64,000 nucleotides of DNA from Podarcis pityusensis (lineage: Eukaryota), in the NCBI GenBank assembly GCA_964106645.2, contig OZ067049.1; one strand, given 5' to 3'. The translations under genes and the position numbers were made by a program. This document shows, piece by piece, positions 41,261 to 55,553 of the stretch (the first letter of the stretch is position 1; each line of letters starts with the position of its first letter). A model generated the notes under the pieces. It ran no database searches. It was not told the origin of the DNA and saw only the letters and a list, made by a program, of their open reading frames with translations.

Positions 41261-43359
41261 AGTTCTCCTTTCGAAAAGTTGGCAGGGTATCAGCAGATTT
41301 GCAGTCTACATGCCAGTTCAGGTGACCCGGCTCCAAGCAAATATTACATTTGGGCAGGCAACGTTGCCTGTTGTAAACACGGATGCATGTGCACTGCGTT
41401 GTATTTCCATGGAACTAGTTCTGCACAAAGAACAGGTTTCATTGAAGATGCTTTTTTTGGGAGCCTGCCACTAACAAGCAGAATAATTCGGATCTCTAGG
41501 ACTAGGATCTACAAGCCTAGCAAAAGCCAGATTGCGCCCATTTGTAGGGGGTCCTTAGCAACATGTCAAAAGGTAACAATTGGCAGTCATTCAATGGAGT
41601 TATTCCATATTGAGACTCCAGTGTACTTCTGTTTCTGGTATTGTAAATAGTGATACTGTCCATAGTTAAGGTGACAGGTATCTTACATGAAGTGTCTTGC
41701 AGACTGTAAGTGCAAATAACCTAGTAATAAAAATGGATTAACCAAGAGAACCTTCAGGCTTAAACCTAAGCATGTTTATTTGAATGTAAATCATGTTGGC
41801 TACAATAGGCTAAGTTGACATTTGAAGCCTTTTTCTATTAAATGGGGGAAATGGACAGGGTACCACGACACAGGAGTTATGATCTGACAGTGTAAGGAAC
41901 TTCATATACTTCAATTTTTGTTTTGCACTGAGGGAGGGGTGAAAGTGAAGGCAGAGGAGCATTAAAACAACTCCTTAAAGGTGAAAGAATATTACAAGAA
42001 TAGGACCCTTGTCATCCTGTCCCAGTGCTGCATTCATCCAACAGAGAGAAGGACTGAATACTACTGTTTGTGATGAAAAGTTGGAAATGAACAATAGTAC
42101 AAAGACAGTATGAAACTGGGCAGACATAGTCATCCTTAATAACCTAGAAAAAATGTCTAATGCTGTTTATCTTTGTTCACGTAAATAAATTCACAATAAT
42201 AATGAACAGTCAAATACATGAAAACGTGGTACTGAACACTTTCCAAAGTTAGAAAAGCAATTGGTCGCTGGTTGAAATGGAATTTAGTATACCTTCCACA
42301 TTGGTGGAAGGAAGACCTGTGCTTAGGGACAGAAAAGTACAGAAGGTGGTAAATTATTTATTTGCAACTATAATAATTATAATTATGAGCACTATAATGC
42401 ACATGCTGTACCAGCTAGAGAAGGAAGAAGACCACACTGGCAGATAGGAAGAAACAGTCTGCAAACAATCCAAGGGGATAGATGCTTATATACTGATAAT
42501 GATGGGGGGTGGGGGTGGAATACAAGTTCACAAACATGCTGGCTGTGATCCAGAGACCAGTTAAGCCGGACAACTTGAAATACAAGATACTTTCATCTTA
42601 CTCCTTCATTCTTTAACCCAAGTACAGCAACATAATTAGCTTCTGGATCAGGCTAATTATTAATTGATGTGTATGACTGGCAGAATCTTTACTTGTGTTA
42701 CCTCAAATGCAAATGTATTTTTAAAAAACAAGAAATGAGGGTGCTGTCATATAAACTTAAGGAGTTTTCCTAAATAGGCAACAGGAAGATGATTCTTTCA
42801 TAACATGCACAATGAAAAATGCAGCATTATGAACTTTGAACATAGAAAAAGTACAAATTGGTAAATGCTCAGAAAAAACAAGTGTATTAAACGCACCCAC
42901 ACCTTACTATAACACCAGAACAAAGCATCAAAGTTACACAGAGAAATATAGGCTGACGTCTACTGAAGTAAACACAAATACCAAAGAGTGTGTTAAGAAA
43001 ATGGTAATGGGGTGAAATGTATAAAATATTTATAACAGCCAGCAATGGACAGAATAGATTATTGTGTTAGAAATAAAGAGCATGGGGCCTGAAACATAAC
43101 AGTGTTATACAACAGAGTTATTTCAAGGAGTGCAGCTGAAGGTGGAATAATTTAACATTCAGTGTGTTTGTGGGCTTGCCCAGAGACACACAATATTTAT
43201 TGCTGGTGACTTCACACATGCATCTTCATCACTCAGTATCCCCAACACATGCAAGTGATTACCTGCACCCACCACAGATCAAGCAATTGCATGCTTTTGC
43301 ATCCCTTTGCATTATTTCACGAACTGTTATTACGTTACAGTTCAGCTAATGACTATCCG

Positions 43360-43725
43360 GTGATGAGCTGTGTATGAGATCATCCAGGGAGACCCTTCTC
43401 AATGTTTCTCCACTGGCAGCAGTTAATTTGGTGAGGACATTTAATGGGCCTTCTTTGTGTGTGGTGCCACCATAGCCCTGGAATTCCTTTCCACCTGAAA
43501 TTCATCTACCACTCACTTGGTTGACCTTCAGGTATCAGGTGAACGTTTGGCTTTTTGTTCAGTCCTTTAGACAATAAAGGTGCAGGTTTGATGTCCTTGC
43601 TCCAGTCCTATGTATGTATTTCTATTTGTTTTAATTGAAATGGCCAATTTATTCATCTTATTGTACAACATCTAGAGTGATTTGGATGCAAGGCTGTATA
43701 CTGGGAATTAATACAGATAAAATAA
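43360..43725 (+). mobile_element. L2-like LINE 3' end remnant
   Basis: gggccttct..gtggtgccacc..ctggaattcc..., followed by an AT-rich tail ending ataaaataaat, typical of squamate L2 3' ends. Weaker similar remnants at ~5470-5830(-), ~22140-22313(+) and ~50040-50350(-). Confidence 0.5.
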
Positions 43726-44789
43726 ATATGCATGAATGTGAATCAGCCCCAAGCTTGTACTCTTTAAGCCAATTCATCCAATACAGTCTTGTGGACACCA
43801 GTGACACTACTCCAGAATAACTTTGCTCTTAGTTTGCCTTCTCTTTCTACTTGCATTAGCTTTAAGAGTTAAGACAATTACTTCACTGAAGTTTGACTAC
43901 AGGCCACAAGCTAGTTAAGACAATATCTGTGCATTTAAGACTATTTAGTTCCAATACCACGAATAAATAGGTGGCTCACAAACCACTTGGTTCAGAACAG
44001 TCCCAAAGGCTTAAAATTAGATTTTAGGTATACTGTTTCATGCGGGAGAGAGGGGAAAAGGGAAGTCCTATCGCACCAGCAAAAGTCCATTCTACTGGAA
44101 GACAGCCACAATTGGATATCACCCTCTTACAATGTAATCAGCAAGCTATTTAAAATTCTGAACCTGTATTTATACTTGTTTAATCCAAATTAAACTGATT
44201 TTAATCCAAGTACACAACTTTAAGTGATTTCTCAATCAACTCTAAAACGAAGTCCACATTCTAAAATAGGTGACCAGTTAGACTTTTTGTGTCCTTTGCA
44301 TTCATTAATCTGAATTCTGAATATGATTTCAACCATGGAAGCATATGTCAAGCACATCCAGTCCTTGACAAAGACTTTTAAAAGTATCCAGATTGTGGTT
44401 GGATACAGTTAAAATCTTTTAACAGTAAATGCTCAAATCACCAAATCATAATGAAAGGGATTCATTGTTGTTTTGAATCGTCATACAACAATTTAGGTAT
44501 CTTTCCTGGAATATCATGGTTAAGGATAAATTAAGAGAGTACTGTGATAAAGTAATGAACCTGAAACAAAAAATTATGTAGTACCTAAAATGGTGATAAA
44601 CAGATATCAATCAAAAGCAATCAATATTAGTGTTCTAAAAATGCATATACCTCCATATCACAAATTGCTTCTCTGTACTGGGCTAAAACTTGGAATGCAA
44701 ACAAACTGAATGGTATGGAAATGTAGACATAGGAATTCTAAATGAGAATCTATGGGTTATATCTAAGTAGATGCAATGAAATTAATGGG

Positions 44790-45570
44790 CCTAAATCTGA
44801 GGAACTGAGGCAGATAGTGGGGATGAAAGATGAAGTTCTAGGCCTAATAGATGAAATAAAAACCAACAAATCGCCAGATCCAGATGGCATCCACCCGAGA
44901 GCTCTCCCAAAGAACTGAAATGTGAAATTGCTGGTGTTCTGACAAAAACATATACCGTATTTTTTGCTCTATAAGACTCACTTTTTCCCTCCTAAAAAGT
45001 AAGGGGAAATGTGTGTGCGTCTTATGGAGAGAATGCAGGCTGCACAGCTATCACAGAAGCCAGAACAGCAAGAGGGATTGCTGCTTTCACTAGTGCTCTT
45101 GCTGTTCTGGCTCCTGAGATTCAGAATATTTTTTTTCTTGTTTTCCTCCTCCAAAAACTAGGTGCGTCTTGTGGTCTGGTGCGTCTTATAGAGCGAAAAA
45201 TACGGTAACTTGTCCCTCAGATCAGCTTTCATACCTAAGCACTGGAAAGTAGCCAATATAACATCAATTTCTAAAAGGGATTAGAAGTGGGCTGGGGGGA
45301 GGACCCTGGAAAATGCAGTCCAGTTACCTTAATGAACGCCCTAGGAAAACTGGAAAATATTGTTAAAGATAAAATAACTAAGCATGTAGAACAAGCCTCA
45401 CTGAAGAAGACTCAGCATGGCTTCTACAAGGACAAATATTTTCTCATGGACCTTTTAGAATTTTTCTTAAGAGTGTCAACAAGCATATAGAAAGAGGTGA
45501 TCTGGTTTAAAAAGTTTAGTAATCATGGAATAAAAGAAGAGGTCCTCTTGTGGATCAGGAATTGGATCAG
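44790..45570 (+). mobile_element. CR1 LINE ORF2 (reverse transcriptase) fragment, decayed and interrupted by a MITE
   Basis: Degenerate CR1 RT motifs in translation: KSPDPDGIHPR, KELKCEIA, WKVANIT, DPGKCSPVTL, QHGFYK, DLLEFF. Frameshifts and stops present. Confidence 0.85.
44955..45205. mobile_element. Tc1/mariner-type MITE inserted in a CR1 fragment
   Basis: TIRs CCGTATTTTTTGCTCTATAAGAC / GTCTTATAGAGCGAAAAATACGG, TA TSD. Confidence 0.9.
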
Positions 45571-48179
45571 TATTAGGAACCTGCCACAACATAGATCAAA
45601 GCTCTCTACAGATCCCACCCTGCAAATGGTGCTACAAGAGGTACCCACTGTTTTACTACTATTAGGCTAAATTCTGAAAAATATTAATCAAAATTAACAT
45701 CATGACTTGATCCATCTCATGCTGGTGGCAATAAATATTTGTTTAGCCAAATAAAGTGGGAAACACAATATTCTGGCAATTAAAGACTGGTTGAGTAAGT
45801 TTTGGGACGTGGCTATTAGAGGAAAATGTCTAAAATCAAGGGTGCATGTACTCATTAACTGTACAAATTTCAGAATAAATGGTGTGTGTTTATATTTTAA
45901 AGAGGCTATGGACAGATGGCTTAGAAAACATTGGTGTACACGTGGAATAATATTTTGCTATGGTATAATGGAATGGGGTGTTACTTTATATAAAATATTA
46001 ATTTTATTAACTTAATGAAACTAATGGATGGGGGGAATAGTTCGTCTTGTATACTATTTGTAAGCAGTCATTGCATTGTGTTTCTTTGTAGCCTATCACT
46101 GAACTGTTCCTGCACCTGCTAGTTTCTTTATCTCTTTAGCTTATAGCAAGGACAAAATATTCCTCCTAGAAGCCCCAGCAGTAAATTCCAATTTTACTTT
46201 TTATTTTACTTTTAGAACTCAGGGCATGAAGCTTATATCAAAATAGAGAACAGAAAACACTCCAGCACAATGCAAGCAAAACTTACTTACTAGTTTTATT
46301 TTATACACTGAAATCAGACATGGAAAGGGTTTCCATTTTCAGCCGGCTATTTGGAAGAGTGTTTATGGAAAATATATAAACTATCAGTTATTTTTATTTA
46401 ATCATCTGATCAGGTATTAATCAAGGCATACATACCTTTAAATTAAAGGGTAAAACAATAATTTGTGTGCCGAATGTAACAGTGCTATATCCCTAAGTGA
46501 CATTGTGACTGATTGCTGGTACTCAGTCAGATTGGACTCATTGAAATTTATGAACATGGCTAAGTTAGGGCTATTAATTTCACTGGGTTTACTCTGAGTA
46601 AAACTTAGTTGAATACCACTCATTACAATGATAGTATCAGCACATTTCTGTAGAGAAAATGTGAAGGCTTCAGAAATACTTGTTAATTCGGATCTGAATA
46701 TTGGAAGAGGCACAACATTGTAATTGATTTGTATGGAATCAATAGTTGCAATTACAGTTAGAAACTGCTTTCTGATCAAACAGGTTCTTTCTTAACCATT
46801 GGCTTTACAAGTTATTATATTAGCAAATTATTGCTCAGATTAGAGCGCTATTTTGAGTCACATAAAGTTAAATGTGGCACAGAAATGAGAGATGATCAGA
46901 CCCAAATGTATGTGCAACTGGGGAAAACTCAGCAATGCACAATCTTAAGAAGTTTTCAGATACATTGGTACCTGTTGTCAACCTTAGATGGGTCTTCAGC
47001 AATTTCGTAAAAAAATCCTTAACTGCTTAAATGCTTCCTTAAATGCCCTTCACATTATTTTCAGTAATGCTTACGGTATATCAATTTTGTAAGAGAGGTC
47101 TGTATTTTATCCCCACACAAATACGGAGAGAGGCTATGGCTGGGAAAGTGCTTGATTTGGCTGGTCAATAAGCTGAAATCCGAACAACCATTTGAATTTG
47201 GATTTCCAGTTTATAACTTTTGCTCTTAACATTTACATTGCAGCTGATGCAAATGTTAATAAATATATTAACATTTATATTGCACATGAAATAGTGCTAC
47301 CCCACTTAACACAGAAAACATGCTGCCACAGCTGGCTTGGTAGAAACACAGAAAGTTTCACTTTCAGGCTCAGAACTGGTTACAGTGACTGGCAGTAACT
47401 CTGTCGTCAGAAGAGAGATTTCCCATCCCTCTGCGGAGTAACAAACGATTGAACCTGTGACCTTTAGCATGCATGTTCTCTAACCAACGAGTCATGCCCT
47501 TTCCTAACACCCACTTTAACATCTATACAAAGCTTTGGGGTTATGGTATTAATTAGCAATACATGTTTGTAATCTCAGTACTATATTCTCAGTAGGGTAT
47601 ACCACAAGAAAGCTGTATCTCTCTCAGAGTGATCACACAAATTTTGCATTTATGTTCTCTTTGTTATGTTCTGAGAGCATTCTATGAAATGAAAACTGCT
47701 GTAAATTCTCCAGGCTTGTAATTAATTGTAGTTGCAAATTCCTTTCTTGTGTATCTGCCACCAATAAGGCAGATCCTTTACAGATTTATCTGGAAGTAAA
47801 CAGCATTTAACTCGAGGGGACTTGCTTCTGAGTAGACACAGCTCACACTCTTAACCGCTTTATATGCAATACATTATTTTAATAAGCAGAATGTGGATCA
47901 TGTTACACAAAAGCTAGATTACTGGTAAAATAAATGGACTAAATGAAGAAAAAGCATTTTCCTTAAATTAACAGTATAGTAAGCCTGCCATTTACATGGC
48001 GGTCATGTTCCAGGGATTGAGCCTAAAGCCAAGATCACATATAGTCAAAACCCATTGGGTTCAATGGTGGGTAGAATTGCCAAAGTCCTTTTTGCCAGGA
48101 CCACACCTCCTTTCCACCCCTTTGTGTCATTTTGGGTTTTTTCGCCAAGCATGTAAACCGAAATGTGCACAGGTTAAAT

Positions 48180-48411
48180 CATTTGTAGGCAAACTAAGGC
48201 CCGGGGACCGGATTCGGCCCAATCGCCTTCTAAATCCGGCCCGCGGACAGTCTGGGAATCAGCATGTTTTTACATGAGTAGAATGTGTTCTTTTATTTAA
48301 AATGCATCTCTGGGTTATTTGTGGGGCGTAGGAATTCGTTCTTTTTCCCCCTTCAAAATATAGTCTGGCCCCCCACAAGGTCTGTGGGGTGAAAAAGTTT
48401 GCTGACCCCTG
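48180..48411. mobile_element. hAT (Charlie-like) MITE, nested in an older degenerate element (~47975-48445)
   Basis: Ends CAtttGTAGGCAAACT / AGTTTGCTGACCCCTG, internal CGGCCC motifs, perfect 8-bp TSD GGTTAAAT (48172-48179, 48412-48419). Confidence 0.85.
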
Positions 48412-51400
48412 GGTTAAATGCACATAAGTTGCAACACATTTATGAAGAAGAAATCTTTGGGTGTCAGAACTAAGAAAAATGAAACTTAACCTACAGATAA
48501 GTTGCTCTGAAATGGTAACTAGTAGTTGATCAGATGGGTCATAGGAACCCTGTGGCGTGGAACTACAGAGGGGCATGTGTGTTTTTTTTTCATTATGAAG
48601 AGATTCCAAATAAATGTCCTGAGTTGTGCACACAGTGGGGGCTGCTTTCTTCACCTCCTTTTAGCAACAGTCCCTCATGTCACATGAAGTACAGCACTGT
48701 TACAAAAGTAACATAAACCCAAACAAAGGAAGAGGAGAGAGATAATAAGTAGCAGACATACATCCTATGAATAGTTACTTAAATACATTTGCAGAAAGTA
48801 GCTTTAAGCAGTTTAAATGTGCGCAGGATGGCAGTCTTAGAGCTTGGAGCACCATATACAACTTCGGGCAAATTTTAAACTATGCATAATGGACATATTC
48901 TGAGGTAACAGAAGTAGTAACCCACTAAAAGATGCTTTTCACTATACCTGTCAACTGACAAAACATCCTTTGGATATGTTGGCATCTTCCTTTCGGAAAA
49001 TATTAAGAAGATATCTGCTGAATCAGACCTATCTAGTCCAGCATTCTTTTCTCACACAAGCCAACCAGATGCCCATGGGAAGCCTACAAACAGGACATGA
49101 GCAGAATATCTCTCTCTTGCTTGTGTACCAACACAATTGTATTAAGAGGCATAGAGCTTTTAAACCACGACCAACCTGCCACCTTTTGCCCCATGATGAC
49201 TTTCCTACTGCAAAGGATTTTTGCAAAGCATAACAAAGCAACACAAATTAAGATAAACAAATATTTAGCAATTGCCAAAAACATGCAAGTTTCCCCAATC
49301 TAACCAACTGTTGACAAAGTGAAGTTCTCAAACATTTTCATTGGGTCGACCACCATTAAAGAAACCAGATCGTCACCCAATCAGACTGATATTCGCTACA
49401 TCTCCAGATAACATAGATCTTTTTCAAATGGCTCCCCACCCCACATCCTGCATTTAAGTGCTACACTGGGAATTACTAAATATAGTTCGGATGAAAATTA
49501 ATGGGCAAGGGTGAAAGTTAGCATTGTATAATAAGTAGGTCTGCTAGATGAAAAACAACTGGCCCATAGAGCAACTTAATCCCTTAGATACCTGTGGTTT
49601 AAAGGTATTGTTTTTAAGTACCACGCATCTTAGAGAATTCAGTATTTCATAATGAAGGGTAATAACACGTTTAAATGTTGTCTATTCCAGGCACTAAATA
49701 ATAAGTAGGCTAAGGATTTGAGTTAATAGCTGGAAGAGGAGTGGATCTTTAAAAAATCTGCTTTTTGGAACATGGTATTTCAGAGTGGCTAGGGTAGTCT
49801 GTTTGATGCATTTACACATAAAATGTATGTTGGAAATATTATTTTATGTACTTTTAACATTTATGTCCTGCACTGTGATCCAAAAAGACTATCAGGGAGG
49901 ATTACAGCATTAAAAGTACAATGATACACACACTTACTTGGGCATAAGTCCCAATGAACTCAGTCGGGCTTACTGCTAGGAAGACATGTACACTGCACAT
50001 ATCTAAAACAATATCAGTTAAAGTGATAAGAAACAAGAAAATCTAATGTAAGGGGGCAGGGAACAGTCCATTAAAAGGACATCCACTATTTGTTCTGAAA
50101 TAGAATAAGTTTGAACTATCTTCCAGAAGACAAAGATAAAGTCCACTGGGTGGTCTTGATTGGAGATGGAATTCCAAAAGCTGGAGTTACTACTGAGAAT
50201 ATCTTGCTCTTTGTCCTTACCAACCTGGCTTCAGAGAAGGGGCTCAGAAAAAGGACATGTCCTGAAGAACTCAGTGGAGAAGTTTTTCCTTTGGGTAACT
50301 TGGAACTAAGCTATTTAGGGCTATGCCAGCACTTTAAATTGCATTCAAAATCAAATTGAGAAGCAATTCAGACTGATAAAGATATAACCATTTTTAATCT
50401 AAAAGTCCCTGGAACTTCCAAGCCACCACCTATTCAGTGGTGCCCCCAAAAGGCAGACAGGAAACTGAATGTAAATGCAGGTGATCCAAAAGTAGATACT
50501 GTAACAGTTATCACAATTGCCTTGTTCAAGAGGACAGGAACATCTCTTTTGCAGAGACAGCTCTCTTCGACAGGTTAAAAGAATTAAAAGTGCACATCTG
50601 CAAGGCTCCTGCTGGCATCCTCAAGTGAAATCACCTAAGACTATTCCAAGAATCACGGACTCCTCCTTGGTTCATGTCGTAACATATGCAAGATGCTTTA
50701 TCTGCAAGCAGGTCACAGTAGACCACAGACAGTTCATTTTCATTCAAAATCAAGTCCTCAATTATTGCTGAATCTCCTCCACCCCCAAAATGATTTGGAA
50801 TTGTAAAGCAGAAGACACAGGTTTACCTGCCAATAAAATACACCCTCCATTTATTTACCTGGCTCATGGTTTTTCCCAAAGTTATCTCTTCTTTACACAA
50901 TGAATTTGGAAAAGGTGCATCTTCATCTCCTCCTTTCCCTCTCCATGAAATGTCTTCCAGCCATAGAACTACCACAAAATAAACTGGGAGGGAGGCTTTC
51001 TTGCCTTAACACACACACCCCTACTTTCTTCCTCTGAACTGAAACAAAAAATTATCTAAAAGTGCATAGAGCAATACAGCATTTTCCTTTACCCTTCTTC
51101 CTGCATCTCTTACCCAGAGACCACCTAACCTCTCCAGCTCTCACCAGGAGAACAGAAATGAACAGCCTCTATGTACAATCACTCCCCTGTAAGTTATGCA
51201 AGGCAACAAATGATCACAATTGCTCTTTGCTATAACAACTGGCAGGAACGTAAACCAGAATGATGGTTCTGAAAGAGCCACATCAGTTCCCATCCAACGA
51301 CTGCTACTGCAAGTGTTCACCTTCTTCAGCTAACCATCCTTCACAAGTTAACTTCTAGACAACCCTGTATTCCTTCCACACATTTTCCTGCATGTGTGGG

Positions 51401-51770
51401 TACACAGAAATGCATACTCAGCATCTACCCACTAGAGTAGCCAACCCAGAAACTGGAACTGTAGAAAGGGACAATACTTTGTTCCAGCTGATGTTTTGGG
51501 CCAGAAATAAAGAAATAGCAAGAATGTGTCAATAAACTTAAGAGTCTGGTAGGCCAGGTCCAGAGTCCATCTAGTCTAATATTCTTTTCCAGTTAGGCTT
51601 TGCACTGAGCTATCTGTTTTGCGGATAGTTGGANNNNNNNNNNNNNNNNNNNNNNNNNNNNNNNNNNNNNNNNNNNNNNNNNNNNNNNNNNNNNNNNNNN
51701 NNNNNNNNNNNNNNNNNNNNNNNNNNNNNNNNNNNNNNNNNNNNNNNNNNNNNNNNNNNNNNNNNNNNNN

Positions 51771-52900
51771 CACTCTGTTATACTGAATTTCATTTGCCAT
51801 ATTTTTGCCCAGTCAGCCACTTGGGATAGGACTTTTGAAGCCCTTGAAAGTTTGTATGAATTTTCTCCATCCTGAATTAATGGTCTCACCCACAACTAAA
51901 CCATGGCTACCTTACTGCTCAACTGATGATTCAGGTCTTTGAGTGGGAGGGCTTGCTTTCTTCCTCCGTCATAAAAAACCTTGTCCATTTGTTCTTACTC
52001 TCTGGTTCCTGTTCTTTAACCAGTTCTGGCACAAAAGAGGACCCATCATCTTATCCCTATCTGGAATAACTTTATTCAGGAAGCTTTCAGGAGGGACTTT
52101 GTCAAAAACATTTTGGAATCCTCAAAAACAATGTCAGCTGGGTTATTCCAATATGACAATACTCTCAAAGAATTTCAGAAGTCTGGTGTGACAGGACTTT
52201 CCTTGCATTCTTTTTTAATCAAGGGTAGTTTTATACGTATGTTTCATAATTTGGGTTTTGATAATGCTTTCTACCAATTTACCTAGTAGAGAAATTAGGC
52301 TGATGCGTCTGTAATTTCCTATCTCCCCTATATATGATGCATCGGCTACTTTTTAATTCTCCAGGATATATGCTTTTAGTGATAATTTGCATATTTTTGT
52401 TCAAAAAGCAACAATATCAGTTTTGAGCTTTTTAGGAATTCTTGGGTATCTTCTGGACATGGTGACTTTATCTTGTAATTTCTTAGTTAGAATCAGAACT
52501 TCATCTCATTTCTCTTGTCTTAATTCTTCAGATACCTCTCCTCAACGGGTACTTATCTAATAATGTCACATGAAAACTGATGCAAATAATTTAGCTTCTC
52601 TGCAGTCTTTGATAACTTTAGTAAACCTTTCGCAGTTTGTCATCTGGTGGTCCAGAACTGGCTTTCTGATTCTGATTTATATATATGTTTATTTATTTAT
52701 TGTCATGTTTTTAAAAATGTGCTCTTCCAGTGCTTTTTCTTTTTCCTTGCCTTATTGTCCATTTGTTTTTATTTTACCAGAGTGACTACTCCTTTTTATT
52801 GTCCTTATTGGGCTATACCTTTTAAAAGAAACATGCTTGTGTTTATAGCTTCCTTAAACTCTGTTAACAACACTGTCATCCTTTTGAACTTTCTTGTCCA
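51771..52900 (-). mobile_element. CR1 LINE ORF2 fragment, heavily decayed
   Basis: Minus-strand motifs KSPCPE, GNYRRISL, FQNVFDKVP and DWAKIWQMKFS occur in the expected CR1 order. Ends are approximate. Confidence 0.8.
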
Positions 52901-53233
52901 AAAGGACTGGATTTAGACCTTTAGAGGCCCTTTAGAGAAGATTATTGTGCTCCCCCCATTTATAATTCAAAAATAAAAACTATATTAAATTATAATGTAA
53001 GTCTGGACAATTAAAAATAAAATAAAAGGTGGTTCATTGCAACGCATGACAGGATCCGATTTCCTCGTATTATTTCAATCTACATTAGTAGGACGCTTCC
53101 TGGTTTGGGTGGAGATAAGTACAGTAATAAAAAGAGAACAGAAAAATGTCGGAGAAGTGCGCCGTAGGAGTGTAAGGATCTGATTTTTCTCACTATGACT
53201 AATCTGATGCGCCTTTTAATTTTAATCAAGTGT

Positions 53234-53236
<3 letters not shown>

Positions 53237-53286
<50 letters not shown>
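53237..53286. repeat. (TC)n(AC)n compound microsatellite
   Basis: Directly visible. Confidence 0.95.
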
Positions 53287-55501
53287 TGTTTTGGTGCCAT
53301 CCTTTGCTGGTGCCCTGAACTTGTATATAGTCTGCCTAGTGGGTAATCCAGAAATGTTTGCGCCTCTCTTATTCTGTGGCATGCATTCTAGGTCAGCTTT
53401 GATTATAGTGGTTTTAAACAATTGCTAGAAAATAAGATTTTCCACCATGATGATTCATTTCAACTCCCCCTCCCCTTTTATTAAAGTTTACAATTTTGAA
53501 ATTAATCCTGGGCAAGTTGAACTTTCGTCTCAAAATATATGTTTAATATGTATGCATATAGCTCAGCTGAACAGCTCGACAGTGCTTCTGTCTTGTGCCA
53601 GGTCCTCAGCACCATTCAGGATAAAGCCTAAGACTTCCCTTCTCTCTAGTCTGCTAAGTGACTACAGCTGGAATCCCAACCACATTTTTAGTCCCCCTTA
53701 ACACAGTGACTTCTGAGCAAATATGCATAGGATTGCCCTGTAATTGTTTTGACTACAGCTGCCATCCTAACCATACTTGCTGTGGTTGTAAGTCCCATTG
53801 AACACAGTGACTTCTGAGTAAACATGCATAGGATTACACTATAATTGTTTAAAGTCACAATTGCAAAACCTAAATGTACATTTAGCCAATGAATGTGAGG
53901 GTTAGCCACACATTTTTCAACATTTATCCCTTCGGCTGCCTTCCTGATTTCTGAGTTTTCATCAGGGGCTTTGGTCGTATGCCCGCAGTACTAAATTACC
54001 TTTGGCATCTAGCATTTCCACCCACAGTGATTCTGTGGAGCAGTTTGTTCATCTTACATTTTCTGTTTATTTGGGGGGAATCTGTGCCCTCTGACATACA
54101 AAGCAACATGATCCCCAACACATTTCTTTCTAAAGATTCTATATCCTCGGAGATCCACATCCTAATGATTTTCACTGCTCCAACAAGGTTTCTGATATAT
54201 CCACTATATCTATATTCTCTTTTTAGTACCAAGCACTCAAATCCTCCCATCTCTGCTTCAAGGCTTCTGACATTAGCATATAAACGTTTATATATTGCAT
54301 CTCTTTTCAAATGCTCTTTTATGTGCAATTTTCCTGCAAGTCTTTGATCCCTTTAAACAGCTTCGTTTATTTCTATTTGTTCATTACCAAGTTGGACCCT
54401 ATTTGAAAACCTGAAGCATTTAAATAATCACCCCTAAGGGATGAGTTGTCCAGAACCAGATATTCTCTAGCTCCTGCCAGCTTTTCCCTAAACTGCAGTC
54501 TTGGTAGAGGCAGGGGAGCGACAACACTGTCCTTTACACATCAAAATAACAGGACCAAATTCGCTGTGGCACCAGTGTGAAGCTCACAGTTCGAAAAAGA
54601 CTCTGGGACGTTGACTGGAATCATATTCCCAATAAGCTTGCACTAAAACAAGTTCCGGCACAACAGCAGGAATTCATAGGACTGAGCTGAAGATCGGTCT
54701 ATGCCTATAATAGTTGAAATTCAATTTTATTTTTTTAATGTTTCAAAAATTTATAAACTGATTGTAAATTAGAATTAAAATTCTCTAAGGGGTGTACAAT
54801 ATCATTCTCAGGAACCTAAGACAAAAAGCAACCAAGCAACAGGAGTTGTAATCGTTCTCTTAGCCACATATAACCTCTAAAAGAGCTCTTAAATTTTTTG
54901 TTGTGCTCAACCGTAAGAAAATAAGAGCAGCATCACAGTAGTAGGTTAATAATCAAAGAAATGAGGTTTTGAATACTTTAAACGTTTTTCCTTCACCAAG
55001 ATACTTTTAGCTTGCTGTTAACAATGATAAGGGAGTTTTTTTGGGAAGGAATTTTATTTAGATGAAGAATGATTTGAATAGGAGTTAATTTGGATGGGTA
55101 ATTAGAGATAGGATCCTACCAAAGTTAGATCGTTTTTAAGCTTGTCAGGTTTTAGCAGTTCTCTTAGGACTGTCCGATTCATAACTTTATGGAGGAGCCA
55201 TGTTTGCTGCATGCACACAAATATTTGCTGTGGTAAACATGAGAAGTATGAAAAAGATGCACAGCTGGCAGCACTCAAGGGACATGTGGTGAATGCACAT
55301 GCTCTGGGAGAGTGTGATTGGTTGCAACTCCATGATGCATGTCCACTGCATGTTATGTTTGAAGACATGCATCTTCTGCCACAGTTTCAGGTGTACATGC
55401 AGCAAACAACTGCAGGTGTGAATTCACACACTTTCTATGCTAAGGCTCCAACCCAAGTAAGACTGCGAGTAAAAATCTAGTCACAGTAGTACATATCCTG
55501 A

Positions 55502-55553
55502 TAAAAATAATATGCATTAGTTGATATTAAAAATAATATGCATTAGTTGATAT
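55502..55553. repeat. Perfect 26-bp tandem duplication
   Basis: TAAAAATAATATGCATTAGTTGATAT x2. Confidence 0.9.

Noticed and set aside
39769-41650. Long ORFs (114-206 aa) on both strands around the CpG island
   Set aside because: Low-complexity translations of GC-rich simple repeats; stop-codon scarcity is expected in CpG islands and no recognisable domains are present.
53979-54347. Overlapping 122-aa and 110-aa ORFs on opposite strands
   Set aside because: No recognisable motif or splice context; may be an old LINE remnant, but not supportable.
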